Shown piece after piece: positions 1 through 11,658 of a stretch of 64,000 nucleotides of DNA. The stretch is from Negaprion brevirostris. Its lineage: Eukaryota. The position numbers and the translations under genes are program-made. Numbering within the stretch: the first letter of the stretch is position 1; each line of letters opens with the position of its first letter. The stretch is from NCBI GenBank assembly GCA_030324005.1, contig JARDVH010000106.1, forward strand, positions 45,635,575 to 45,699,574, read 5' to 3'. Below the pieces are notes generated by a model, which was not told the DNA's origin, did no database searches, and was given only the letters and a program-made list of their open reading frames with translations.

Positions 1-89
1 GACAACTGAATCTCGACTGTTTTCTATGGAAAAAAAGCCAATGAAACGCCTTGCCTTATCAAACAATGACTGTTTGTTGAATCCATATA

Positions 90-409
90 CAGGTCGAGTA
101 CCCTTTATCCATATATCTTAAATTCAAATACATTCAAAAACTGCACTTTGAATCTCATGTATCCTTACTGTGGGAAGTCTAGTCATTTGTCTGAATTGTT
201 TACCTTGTGGTTTTTGTTGTGAACATGTCTATAAAGAAATTTATTCCAGATAGCCAGTATTTACTATGTAGTGATACATCTTACATTTCTAGCTATTTCA
301 TTCACTTCAGACCATAGCTAGCCTAGGCTTAGACTCCAATGTAAGTATAAAATTATCTCAAATCCAAAATGCAGTCAGCCCCAAGGGTTTCTGACAGATC
401 CTCAGCCTG
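90..409. mobile_element. Non-autonomous Tc1/mariner (pogo/Tigger-like) MITE
   Basis: TA at 88-89, then CAGGTCGAGTACCCTTTATCC. Right end ...GATCCTCAGCCTG (revcomp CAGGCTGAGGATC) is a degenerate TIR. Subterminal AATCCAAAAT motif. Ends resemble Tigger4/MER46 termini from memory. Confidence 0.6.
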
Positions 410-458
410 GACAAACTTGGAAGCATAAAGGTTGAGAGCATTTTCACTGCATTCAATA

Positions 459-790
459 GGGCAGCTCAGTGGTGAGTACTGCTGACTCTCAGAGCCAGGG
501 ACCTGAGTTCAGTTCCAGCCTTGGGTAACTGTGTGGAGTTTGCACATTCTCTCGGTGTCTGCCTGCTTTCCTTCGGATATTCTGGTTTCCTTCCACAGTC
601 CAAACACGTACAGGTTAGATGGATTGGCCATGCTAAATTGCCTCTTAGTGTCCCAAAATGTGTAAGTTAGGTGGATTAACCATGGTAAATGCATGGGGTT
701 AGAGAGATTGGTCTGGATAAGATACTCCGGAGAGAGTCGGTGCAGACTCGCTGTGCCACGTGGCCTCCTTCTGCCCTGAAGGGATTCTAT
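459..790 (+). mobile_element. tRNA-derived V-SINE (HE1-like), CR1-type tail
   Basis: tRNA-like head (GCAGCTCAGTGGT...GAGTTCAGTTCC), central TGTGTGGAGTTTGCACATTCTC...GGTTAGATGGATTGGCCATGCTAAATTGCC, tail TGGCCTCCTTCTG...GGGATTCTAT. Homologous to 6 other copies in the window. Confidence 0.9.
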
Positions 791-2159
791 AACCTTGAGA
801 GTGGAGAAGCTGCAAAACTGTTATGGTACAAGTCATCAACCGGGCGACTCCAGCAAATCAGAGGTTGGCAATCCTCACCTCTATAATTACAGACTGAGAA
901 ATCATTTCTAATGTTCAACTCATTGGAAAATAGTCAATGCTGCAAAATTCTTAGCCAATATACTCCTTTCAGCTGTCCCAATGAGAGGGGAATGGTGACA
1001 AGATTTCAAAGGAGAAGAGCTCCAACTTCCATGAGCAAGCATTGAAAAATAAAATTGGGGTGCAACTTCTGAATTATTTTCAGATACAATCACCTGTAAA
1101 TCATCAAAATTAGAGCCAAGTGATCTATTTAGANNNNNNNNNNNNNNNNNNNNNNNNNNNNNNNNNNNNNNNNNNNNNNNNNNNNNNNNNNNNNNNNNNN
1201 NNNNNNNNNNNNNNNNNNNNNNNNNNNNNNNNNAAAATTGTTTCTGGTTGCAGCCTGGAAGAAGTCAGAAGCATAAAGGATTAAAAAATGAAAGGAGGTG
1301 GAGAATTGGTTCCTGACTGAATTGATTTACTCGAGTTTGAAGATCTAATAAAACAGATTATGAAATATTGGGGACTGCAAATGTTCTGACTTTCAGTGCC
1401 ATGTTGTATCTATTCTCTCTTTGGCAGTCTTCCATCTCATGACATGATGCATGCACAAGAGATGATTTACCTTACAAAAAGAAAATACATTATACAGCTT
1501 ATAATCACTTCAGAACATTCTCATGACTAATTTCATACATGAACTTTGACAGTGAATGATAAAAACAACCACCCAATAGGAACAGAACAATATTGTATGT
1601 GTGCTTGAGTTTTTACTTTAAAACCCTTATTACTTTTCAATTGTGCATCTATGTTCTTCTTCTTCCCACGTGCAGCATGGATGTATTGTATTTTTTTCCC
1701 CTATTATAAAATACCTTTTCTCATGGTGTTGACTTCTCATTAATCAGCCCATGTAAAAGGGGCANNNNNNNNNNNNNNNNTTGCCAAACATTTGTCTGAA
1801 GGGCATGCACTCAAAAGAAAGTTAGTATTGAATTCTGTAAATACAGAGTACTGGAAAGGACGATGGAGTATTCTCCATGGAGGCTAGGCAGGCAAATAAA
1901 ATATTCCTTTCTGGCACCAATACCATTTGTTGACTTAAATCTGATGAGTCTTCTGCCCATTTCAAATATGGTATTTTTACCCTTCACACAGCTTTAATAC
2001 AATTGGATTAAAAAAAAATCTGCTGAACTAAATTGCAACTTCCATAGCTAGTATGTAAGATTTATTCATTTACTGCTGTTACTTTTATGCAAACTTGTTG
2101 CTAATTAAATTAATTTGTCCAAAAAACTGCTCAATTGACGTACTAATTCCATTTTGTTT

Positions 2160-2566
2160 AGGGTAGGCACCTCCCCATGCAAGGTGGCTTTATCTGCCCC
2201 TTAATCTCCTCCCTGCTTACCATCCTAGGGCCCAAACACACTCTTCAAGTGAATCAGCACTTCACCTGCACTTCCTTTAATTTGGACTTTGTATTGACTG
2301 CTCCCAATGCAGTCTATCCTACATCGGAGACACAAAACACAGACTGGATGACTGCTTCTCAGGAAGCCTTCAAACCATTCGCAAGCAGGACCAAGGTGTT
2401 CCTATCACTTGCCATCCTGCTCTCACGTCCACGTTTCTGCCCTTGGCCTGTTGCATGTTCCAGTGAACTCCAATGCAATCTGGAGGAACAGCACCTCGTC
2501 TTTCAATTCGGCACTTCACATCCTTCCAGGCTGAACATTGAGTTTAACAACTTCAGAGAGCCTACT
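2160..2566 (+). mobile_element. Penelope-like element fragment, GIY-YIG endonuclease C-terminus (frameshifted)
   Basis: GPKHTLQVNQHFTCTSFNL, shifted-frame SYIGDTKHRLDDCF, and LEEQHLVFQFGTSHPSRLNIEFNNF; matches the minus-strand copy ending at ~37634. Confidence 0.85.
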
Positions 2567-3039
2567 TAAAGTAGTACTGCTCTTCCCTCAACTTTACTTT
2601 TGCTGTGCAACATTATACTAGGCGAATCAAAAGATTATCTCATACACACTGATTCTACAGTTGGCAAATAACACAACATCTTCAGATTAAATTTTGAGTT
2701 CACATCATCAAAATTCCATAGGTCAACTTTCCATAGCAGTATTAAAAACCAAGAAGAAAAATTTGTTCCACTAACCCTAGTCTAGTTGACAACAAATAAT
2801 AAAACTTATAGAATACAACATCACAGTGTATTTTGTCATATGTTGAACTCAAAACTAAAATACATCTTTGGTACACTGTTACTCAAATTGTCATACTTCC
2901 CTCAGATGAGGATGCTAGGATGCTTAATATTGGCTTGTGAGAACTAATGTCACTACGCATGGAAGTTCACACGTGGAATAATTGTAATTAGAGAACTGCG
3001 CAATTGAAAACCTAGGAATCTAAAATATCATTAAATGTT

Positions 3040-3135
3040 GTAAATACTCAGGTCCAACAGGGTCAGTGGAGAAAAAGACAGAGGAAAGACAGTTCAGGAA
3101 AGGATTTTGACCTGAGTAATCCACTGTCTTTCTCT
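3040..3135. mobile_element. Highly decayed Penelope pLTR-derived foldback
   Basis: ACTCAGGTC...GACCTGAGT and CAGTGGA...TCCACTG inverted matches; resembles the elements at 7308 and 20608. Confidence 0.4.
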
Positions 3136-3897
3136 TTAATAGTGTTTTATAAGAAAATAAATTACTTTATTGCCATGAAGAACAGTTTGAAAATGAGTGA
3201 AATCTCAGTTAAAAAGGGATTCCCAGTTGAAAATGATTATCCACAAATTAGAAAAACTGAAAACAAAACAAGACTAGGTCTGTCTTATCCACTGGTGTAA
3301 GGATAATCTATATGGACTGGCTGGTGAAAAATAATCCTGCAAAAATAAAGTAATGAAATTAAACTGCACATAACCCTTGCATTACATTTTTTGTCATATG
3401 AGATAAAAAGTTGCTGAAATAATGGCAGAATTTTGAAATGGAAAATGTGAAGAGGAAGCAAAACAAAAAAAAAAGCCATTATAATGATGAGGGAGCTTAC
3501 TTTACCAATTAGACACCAAAGCAAAATACTGTGAATGCTGCAAATCTGGGAGAGAGAAAAAAAATGCTGAGAACACTCAGCAGGGTATCGTGGAGTATGT
3601 CAGCCAAAGCCTCTTAAAGTGTGAAATGTAATAGTCCATTATAACATACACTTATGTAATCTGAATGGGTCTAGGAGAAAGCAAGTGCAAGGGGTTGTTC
3701 TCTCAACTGTAAAAAAATTTGTAGTGCATGCTGCCAACAGTCTTCAGGACATATTGTAAAGTAATCTAACCCAACAATAAAACAATATATGATGGGCAGC
3801 AATTTTACAATACATGATAATACAAAAATCTCTACCTCTGCCAGAATGCATAGACAATATAACTTTTTTATTTGTATAGTATTTTATAGAAAAATAA

Positions 3898-4195
3898 GTT
3901 CTGGGGACCCAGGTTCGAATTCCGCCACGGCAGATGGTGGAATTTGAATTCAATAAAAAATATCTGGAATAGAAAGTCTACTGATGAGCATGAAGCCATT
4001 GTTGATCGTTGGAAAAACCCATCTGGTTCACTAAATGTCCTTTAAGGAAAGGAATCTGTCATCCTTACCTGGTCTGGCCTACATGTGACTCCAGTGCCAC
4101 AGCAATGTGTTTGACTCAACTGCTCTTGGACAACTAGGGATGGGCAAAAATTGCTGGCCAGGCAACAACGCTCATATCCCATGAATTGATGATAA
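3898..4195 (+). mobile_element. tRNA-derived SINE family B (5'-truncated)
   Basis: B-box GGTTCGAATTCC, core AAAACCCATCTGGTTCACTAAATGTCCTT...CCTGGTCTGGCCTACATGTGACTCCAG, tail GGGATGGGCAA...TGCTGGCC...CCCATGAAT shared with the LINE end at ~27540-27600. Confidence 0.85.
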
Positions 4196-4254
4196 AAAAG
4201 AAACAGTTGCAGGCCTCAAATCACTCGATTTCACACAGCATTGGGTATCACAGC

Positions 4255-4490
4255 AAACACAGTAAGAAGTCTCTCAAAACTAGGTTAAAGTCCAATAGAT
4301 TTGTTTGGCAGCAAAATCCACTAGCTTTCAGAGTGCTGCTCCTTCATCAGGTAAGTAGGAATCACTTGATGAATGAGCAGCATTCTGTAAGCTAGTGGAT
4401 TTTGCTACCAAATAAACTTGTTGGACTTTCACCTGGTGTTGAGAGAATTCTTGCTACGTTTACCCCAGTCTAATGCTATCATCTCCACAT
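4255..4490. mobile_element. Head-to-head inverted pair of Penelope pLTR sequences (foldback element)
   Basis: Left arm ~4255-4355 is the reverse complement of right arm ~4362-4462 (e.g. AAAGTCCAATAGATTTGTTTGGCAGCAAAATCCACTAGCTT vs AAGCTAGTGGATTTTGCTACCAAATAAACTTGTTGGACTTT). Same family as 56215-56429. Confidence 0.85.
4319..4353 (-). ncRNA. Minimal type I hammerhead ribozyme motif (Penelope pLTR), core intact
   Basis: Minus strand reads UAC-CUGAUGA-A-GGAG-cagca-CUCU-GAA-AGCU-A-GUG: conserved CUGAnGA and GAAA boxes, 4-bp stem II, palindromic AGCU stem III, CUA cleavage triplet, 3-bp stem I. Confidence 0.75.
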
Positions 4491-6984
4491 TATCACAGCA
4501 AAACCAGTCTGTGAGCAGGTCACTATATTTTTGTACACAATGGGCAAGTGACAGCCTAGTTACCCTGACGATTAACAAAGGTAAAGCCACATCTGCCAAA
4601 ATCCCAGGAGACGTATTTCAATCTCCACAAGTACGCCATCGCTGAATGTGCGAAGTTCACTAAATGCACCCAGATACATAGTGATAGCATTGACACGGTT
4701 ATTAAATGATTCATACCAATTAGCAGGAGACTGAGTACAGTAATCTGAAAGACAATCTAATTTGCAACGGAATAATTGTTGAAATAATGGCCGATGTATT
4801 ATCAGATAATCTGCAATTCTGGAAAGATTTGATGTTGGTGAAGGTAATCCAATTATTTAGGTATGTCCAAAGAATTAAGTATTTTTTGAGTAGTAATAAC
4901 ATTGGGTGATGAATGTACGTTGTAAATAACAAGTTCTTAACTTTGATTTCAACACCTCAGATTTCAGAACTTTTAAGGGTACAGTTTTGATTTTTAGGAG
5001 CAACAATAATGCCCAGCCCTCAAAACAAGTACCCAACTTTGATCAACAATTAATCTTGATGTCTACCAAATGAGCATAGTTCTGCTGGCCAAATGCTTTT
5101 ATTTGGCCAGACATTTACCATGTTGTTCATAACATGGGATAATATAGGGTGATGTATTTCACTGATTGATGGGACATGCAAACTTAATTGCACTGTATGC
5201 GATCTCTTGCTCAAATCTTCAGCAGTGTGTGAACCCAATATAAAATGGGTGGAACAAAGGTACCCGTATTTAACTACGATGCTTCATGGAAAAGCTGACA
5301 ATTCAAATGCATGATTTGAAATTTTAAATGCTAAGTGTATTATTCCACAGTTCTTGGATGTAAAAGCTAAACTTTAAACAACATCCAAATAAACATGCAT
5401 AAAAATTTCTTTATTCAAAAACTACCTAGAAAGGTCTTGCATTTTATTTGTGAATAATTGATTTTGGAAGAAGTTGGGGGATGGAAGGCAAATGCTATCT
5501 GATCCTAAATTAGAAGGAAACAACTATTTCAAACATCAGACCCCAATACCTCGATTGCTGAGAAAAAACAGTTCCCATTAAAACTACTCGAATAGGGGGA
5601 GACAATGGTGCAGCAATTGCTGGTCTTGCTACTGACACCCACATCCCATGAAAGGACAGAACAAAAAAAAACTTTGTGATTGTAGGGTTTTAAATATAGA
5701 AAACTGGATTTCTGCTCAATTATAAAACCTCCTTTTTCAGTATGCCAACATTGTCAAATTAAGGCTCTTCATGGCTTTGACCATTTGCGTCCTAGCAAAT
5801 ATGCCAGGAAATTCTACAAACACAGTTTTATTATTTTAAATGGTATTAAATTAGGATGTGTATTATTTTTAGTGTGGGGCTGGTTTATTACACTGCAAAA
5901 AGTGTGACAAAAATAGTGAAAGACTTAAAAGTTTGAACCACTTCAACTCAATTTCTCTCCCTACGCACATTTAACATCACAGTACATTCCCCCATACAAT
6001 TCTATTTACCATTCCCGCCACATTCTCTGTTCCCTCCAGTTCAATTTCCACAATAATCCTCATACATGGGCACAAGATGTATTCTAGCAAGTATTTGACC
6101 TACTTTGACTCACTTAAACATGACAACCCTCTGTCTCAGGCACAAAAGAACAACATTTAAAATCAATTGGATTGACACATTCTCAGGTAGATTTCATTGG
6201 CCCAAACAATATTTTGTATTCACAGTTGTTATTCCAAGTAGCTATTAATGAGTTTTCTGTTAATCATTTGTCCAAATGCTTCCCAGTTTTGCACCAACGA
6301 TTTCCCAACATTTTTTTTAATAGGTTTCAAAACACACACACAAACCAATTCAATCTCCCATTCAATACTGTTCCAGCAATTGCACATCAGCTTCCAAACT
6401 ATTTCCTTATCAAGTAAATTGCATTGTACAATAATACTAACTGTCAAAATGTATTACAGTAGCTTTACATGCTGTTGTTTACAACCTCCTATTGGAGTTG
6501 ATGTCTAATGAACTTAACAATTGTTAATTTACTATATTAGCAACATGGCAAAAAGACAGAAGCAGCAGCCACTTGGAAATTGAAACACGGATTTTCCACT
6601 CATGATTCAAACAAGTCAAAATCCCTAGCTGCTTCTTACACTGCCGATAGAAAAATATCAAATCAATAAAAAAACACACCTCAGCTGTTGAGGTACTCTG
6701 GGGAAACTCAATGCATAGCAATTCTGTGGTTGGTGAGAAATGTCACGAAGTGCTGCAGGTCTGCATCAGCTAGGAGAAACTTGCCTTATAACACAGCATC
6801 CCACAGGGGTGCATGTCAACTGTGATCTAAATAGTTTGCCGTTCAACTGTCATTTTGCAAATCCTTCGTATTTCTACAGAAAAAAAATTTAATACTACGC
6901 AACAATTCAATTTATTTGACAATAGAAAAACAGCTTTCATCTTGCTGTGACACAGAATGTGACTTACGTTCAAGCAGGTGAAGC

Positions 6985-7135
6985 TTCAAAACAAATACTG
7001 AACAGTTGAAGAAGCACGCAATAGACAGAGTGAAGCGATCCCACAACCAGATCAGTTCAGGTCAAAGCTCTGCCTTCCTGCCACATGTAGTTGTCCAGTT
7101 ATCAACAGTGATGGACAATTAAACAAGCGGAGACT
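6985..7135 (+). mobile_element. CR1/L2-group LINE (family B) internal fragment
   Basis: ATAGACAGAG...GATCAG...AAGCTCTGC...CTGCCACAT...TGGACAATTAAACA matches 56645-56720. Confidence 0.65.
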
Positions 7136-7180
7136 CCAATGAAAAAGAATTAAACAGAATGGGTGGGTGGGAGATGGGGA

Positions 7181-7229
7181 AGAGAGAATTAGAGCGAGAA
7201 AGAATTAGAGCAAGAGAGAATTAGAGAGA
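7181..7229. repeat. Short tandem repeat, ~3 x 16 bp (GAGAGAATTAGAGC..)
   Basis: AGAGAGAATTAGAGCG/AGAAAGAATTAGAGCA/AGAGAGAATTAGAGAG. Confidence 0.8.
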
Positions 7230-7307
7230 CTGGTCAACTCCCTTGAAATTTAATGGGATTATCAAGACTGACTTTTCCAGCATCAACATCCTGGTGGCCA
7301 GGAAGAT

Positions 7308-7625
7308 AAAAGCAAAACACTGCAGATGTTGGAATCTGAAACAAAAACAGAAAATGCTGGAAAATCTCAGCAGGTCTGACAGTATCTGATGAACGTTCAT
7401 TGAGACTCAAAAAATTGGCTTTATNNNNNNNNNNNNNNNNNNNNNNNNNNNNNNNNNNNNNNNNNNNNNNNNNNNNNNNNNNNNNNNNNNNNNNNNNNNN
7501 NNNNNNNNNNNNNNNNNNNNNNNNAGTATCTGATTAACGTTCAGTGAGACTCAAATCATTGGCTTTATTCACTCCCCACATATGCTGTCATACCTGCTGA
7601 TATTTTCCAGCATTTTGTTTTTTTT
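7308..7625. mobile_element. Penelope pLTR-derived foldback element (family 2) spanning a gap
   Basis: AAAATGCTGGAAAATCTCAGCAGGTCTGACAG vs CTGTCATACCTGCTGATATTTTCCAGCATTTT. Decayed hammerhead CTGATGA...GACTCAAAA in the loop region. Confidence 0.75.
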
Positions 7626-7714
7626 CCTGGGGGCCTCTACTAGGCAAAACCTTAACTAGACCAGCCACATTCATATGGTGGCTACAAGACAGGATGAAAG
7701 ATTATGAATTGTGT

Positions 7715-8277
7715 TGAGTAACTCATTGCCTGACTTGCCAAACCCTGTTTACCATTTAAAAAGGCACAGTCTAGAAATATGATCAAATGCGCTCCACTGG
7801 CAAGTAACTTCATTGCAGTGTTAATGTAAGCCTACTTATGGCTAATAATAAACTTTAACTTTAAAACAAATGCAGCTCACATTCAAGAAGCAGAATGCCA
7901 AAGGCATCTGCTTGATTGACACATCATCCACCCCCTCAAACATTCACTCCTTCCACCACTGCCACTAGTGGTTGCAGTGTGCAGTAAGTACATCACAACA
8001 ATTTATTAATGCTTCTCTGGCAGCATCCTCTAGATCCATAACCTTCGCTTATAAAAAGCAAAGGCAGCAAACACATGGGAACCCTCCCACCTGCATGATT
8101 CCTGTTAGGTCACACATCCTGAAACATATTGATATTCCGTCACAAAGTTCCAGGATTTTGACTTTGCAACTAACATCAACCTGGGTGTACCTACATTACA
8201 TTACCTGTCAAGGGTACCCTGGCATGGAGAGTAAGTGCTGGTCTTGCCAAAGTCTACATCCCATGAATGAATAAATG
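7715..8277 (+). mobile_element. CR1/L2-group LINE (family B) 3' end, decayed, interrupted at 7803-7862
   Basis: Colinear with 27040-27600 (CCCTGTTTACCAT...GCTTGATTGACAC...AAACATTCACTCC...CATCCCATGAATGAATAAA). Confidence 0.75.
7803..7862 (+). mobile_element. Isolated 3' tail of the alternative-tail V-SINE (or its LINE), extreme 5' truncation
   Basis: AGTAACTTCATTGCAGTGTTAATGTAAGCCTACTT...AATAAACTTT equals the tail of SINEs at 11659, 23277 and 60058. Confidence 0.75.
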
Positions 8278-8304
8278 AAAACACTCATGTTTACTGGCCA
8301 TAAT

Positions 8305-8652
8305 TCAGTTGATACAACTCTCACCACTGAATCACTAGATTCCATGTTCAAGTCCCATTCCAAAGCTCGAGTACAAAAATAATCAAGGTCAATTTCCCAG
8401 AGAATACCACATTCTCAGAAATGCTGCCTTTAGGTTACCTTGAATTGTAGTCACATCTGCCTGCTCAGGGGGATGCAAGTGACCCCATGGCACTGTTTCG
8501 AAGAAGAGCATGGGAGTTATCTCTGGTGTCATAACCAATATTTACTCCTCCCTCAAAATCATAAAACGTATCATTGTCACATTGCTCTTTGTTGATGTTT
8601 CCTGAGCACCAATCATCTGTTGCATTTCCTGCACTTCAAAAATACTTCACTG
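8305..8652 (+). mobile_element. Deu-domain SINE (SacSINE1/AmnSINE-like)
   Basis: B-box-like GTTCAAGTCCC; Deu-domain-like CCCATGGCACTGTTTCGAAGAAGAGCATGGGAGTTATCTCTGGTGTC...CCAATATTTA...CACATTGCT...CACTTCAAAAATACTTCA. Confidence 0.7.
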
Positions 8653-8989
8653 CTAGTTCAAACAAAATTACTGCAGGAGGAAGCTAAACCAGCCAATGGC
8701 TTAGAGCGTCTACATGGAAGATTGGCTTTCAAACCACACTTTAGTGAAGGGAGACAAGGAAATAACACCTGAATGAAACAAAGACCGAGTGAGGAGCAAT
8801 TACGTTCATATGGTAAATTAGCACACAGTGGAAAGAGCTTTACTGCAACTCAATGTGTGTGAAGTATTAGTCAGATTTATCAATAGTTGTAAGGTTCATT
8901 CATCATAAAGTTAATCAAGTCAAGGCCAAGTAAAATTAATACAAAAAACTGAGTAGGATAACTGTACTCCATTCGTGTTAACTTTAACA

Positions 8990-10700
8990 CATGGCAGGGT
9001 AGCTTGGTCATGATAAATGCATGCTCTGTGGGGTGGGAGAAGTTGTGGACACTGTGGTGACCTCAATGACCACATATGCAGAAAGTGTCACCAGCTGCAG
9101 AAACAGGAGCTCTGAGTTCTGAATGCAAGGAGTGGCTGAAGGCACTATGACACATCTTTGAGGTGTGAGCTACATGGACAGCGAATTCAAAGAGGTAGGC
9201 ACATTGTAGGTTAGGAACATGGAGACAGAAAAAGAATGGGTGACTGTGAGGCAGTCCAAAAGAACCAGCCAATAGTGAAGCAGTCCCCCAAGGTCCTACC
9301 CACTAATAGCGGCATTGGTTCTTTGGAGGAGTGCAGTCACAGCCAGGTTCCTCGAACCATGAACAGCTCAGCTGTGCAAGGGAGGGGAGGAAGTGGTGGC
9401 CAGAAAAGGAGAANNNNNNNNNNNNNNNNNNNNNNNNNNNNNNNNNNNNNNNNNNNNNNNNNNNNNNNNNNNNNNNNNNNNNNNNNNNNNNNNNNNNNNN
9501 NNNNNNNNNNNNNAAAGGAGAAGAACAATAGAATGATAGGGGATTCATTATTTAGAGGACCAGAAAAGCAAGTAGCCTCTAGATAAGACACTAGGACTGT
9601 CTACTGCCTCCCTGGTGCCAGGGTCAATGTTATAAAAAAATTCCAGAGCATTCTTCTGGGGAGACAGAATAGCCAGAGGTCTTGGTCCATATCAGCATCA
9701 TTGACACAGGTAGGAAGGGGGATGAGGTCCTGAAAGCCAATATCAGGGAGCTGGGATGAAGATTGGAAAGCAATAATCTCAAGATTACTTCCAATCCCAT
9801 GTTCTAGTGAGAATAGGAGGTTTGAGTTATTGAACACACTGTTGAAGAAGTGGTGGAGGAAGGAGGACATCAGATTTCTAAGACATTGGAACTGATAAAT
9901 GGGGCAGGCGGGCTTGTACAAGATAGATGAGCATCTTAGCAAGAAGAGAACTAATATCCTTGTAGAGAGATTCACTGGTCTGTTGGACACAGTTTAAACT
10001 CAATTAACAGGGAAGTAGGAACCCAAGAGGGAACTTAGATTTGAGGGAAACAAAACAAGTAGAAATCAATAAATGATAAAGCAAGCATCAAATATGCTTG
10101 GAATAGTGAATGTTTTAAAAATAGAATTAAAGGCATTATATAAACACATGTAGCATTCACAAAAAGGTTGGTGACTTGAATACACAAATTGAGATAAATG
10201 GTTTTATCTAATGGCTATTACTGAGACATGGTTATAGGGTGACCAATATTGGGAACTGAATATCCAAGGATATTTGGCATTTAAGAGGGATAGCCAAAAT
10301 ATAAAGGGGCAGCATTCTTAATAAGGGACAAGATCAGTGCATTCACAGAGAGGTTCTTAGATCTGGATCAAAATGTTGAATCAGTTTGGGTGGAGCTAAG
10401 AAATAGCAAGGGCCATCAAACCATGGTGCTAACATTAGGCATGGTATAAATCAGAAAGTTGGCAATACATGTAACATGGTTAATACAGTTATGGGTGATT
10501 TCATTTATACTTGGACTGGGTTAATCCAATCAATACTAATGTGCTGGAGAAGGAATTCCACCTCAGTTGTTGAGGAACCCATAAAGAATTGGGCTATTTT
10601 GGATTTATTGTTGCATATTGAGAAAGAGATAATTAATAACCTTGCTAAAATGGACCCTTTTAGAAATACTGAGAATATGATAGCTATTTTGCACAGCTTC
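8990..10700 (+). mobile_element. CR1 LINE 5' portion: ORF1 (zinc finger + SGNH esterase-like) and ORF2 endonuclease, decayed
   Basis: HICRKCHQL near 9070; IGDSLFRG and VYCLPGARV at 9535-9630; MAITETWL and WELNIQGY at ~10210-10275; MGDF and AILDLLL downstream; many stops. Confidence 0.85.
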
Positions 10701-10814
10701 TTCAGAAAGTGTAGCATACAGTCCCATGAGGAATTCCACCGTAACACAATAGTGAAGGTATTGGAACAGGGGGAAATACAAGCCATGCCCTATCAAAGCA
10801 CCAGTGTGAATGTT

Positions 10815-11120
10815 AGTGAATGGGTGAGTGGATGAAGAGTGGGTGGGTAGGGCAGATTAAGTCAGTAGGCGAGTGGGTAGAGTAGACGAATGGGTGGGGT
10901 GGATGAGGTAAGTGGGCAGTGATAACCTAAATGGGTGGGGTGAGGTGGCAAGTGGTTTGGGCCATATGGTTAGGTAGTGAGTAGATAGATGGGTTGAAGG
11001 ATAGTCATACTGAGTGCTCGTCAGATCGAGTTGGATCCTTGGATGGTGGAGGCTGTCAGATCTGGTTGGGAGGGTAGTTGAGTCAGGTAAGGGGTGGTCA
11101 ATGTGAATGATGGGGAGGGG
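10815..11120. repeat. G-rich low-complexity tract (GGGTGGG-type)
   Basis: Repeated GGGTGGG/GGGTGGGGT/GTGGGTAG motifs with strong G skew on +. Confidence 0.6.
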
Positions 11121-11149
11121 TCAGTTTTGTAGGTATGCAGGTTTTTTTA

Positions 11150-11392
11150 AAATTTTGTCATGGGATGTGAACATCACAAACCAGGCTAACATCTGTTGCC
11201 CATTCCTATCTGCCTTCAAATCGAGTGGTTTATGACAGTTGACAGTAATTTCACAGTTGCCAGTAAAGGAGCATTTAATTACAATAATTGAACTCAAATT
11301 TCATCAGCTGCCATGATGGGATTTGGACTCCATGTCCATAGGACATAAACTGGACCATTAGATTATTAGTCTAGTGACATCACTGTCTCCCC
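11150..11392 (-). mobile_element. SINE family B, internally deleted
   Basis: Reverse tail CATGGGATGTG...TTGCCCAT and reverse head CTAGTGACATCACTGTCTCCCC. Confidence 0.65.
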
Positions 11393-11658
11393 CTAGATTA
11401 GGATTTTTCTGCTCAACATTTCTTAGGTAACTATTCAGGCAAGTCCTCCAGAACTGTCTGAAATCTCTGACTCTATCTCAAAGTCAGAGGCATTCGTGAA
11501 GGAACCCAGGAAGCTGTTAATACTCCCCACGCAACTCCCACGTCAGGGCTTCTGTGAGGCCCTGATGCGCATCTTGGAATTTTGTGTGCCCACTCTCCAA
11601 CCACTTGTGGACCGGAAGTTGTGGGCCAATATTTCAAACTAAATCAAAATGCTCATTT

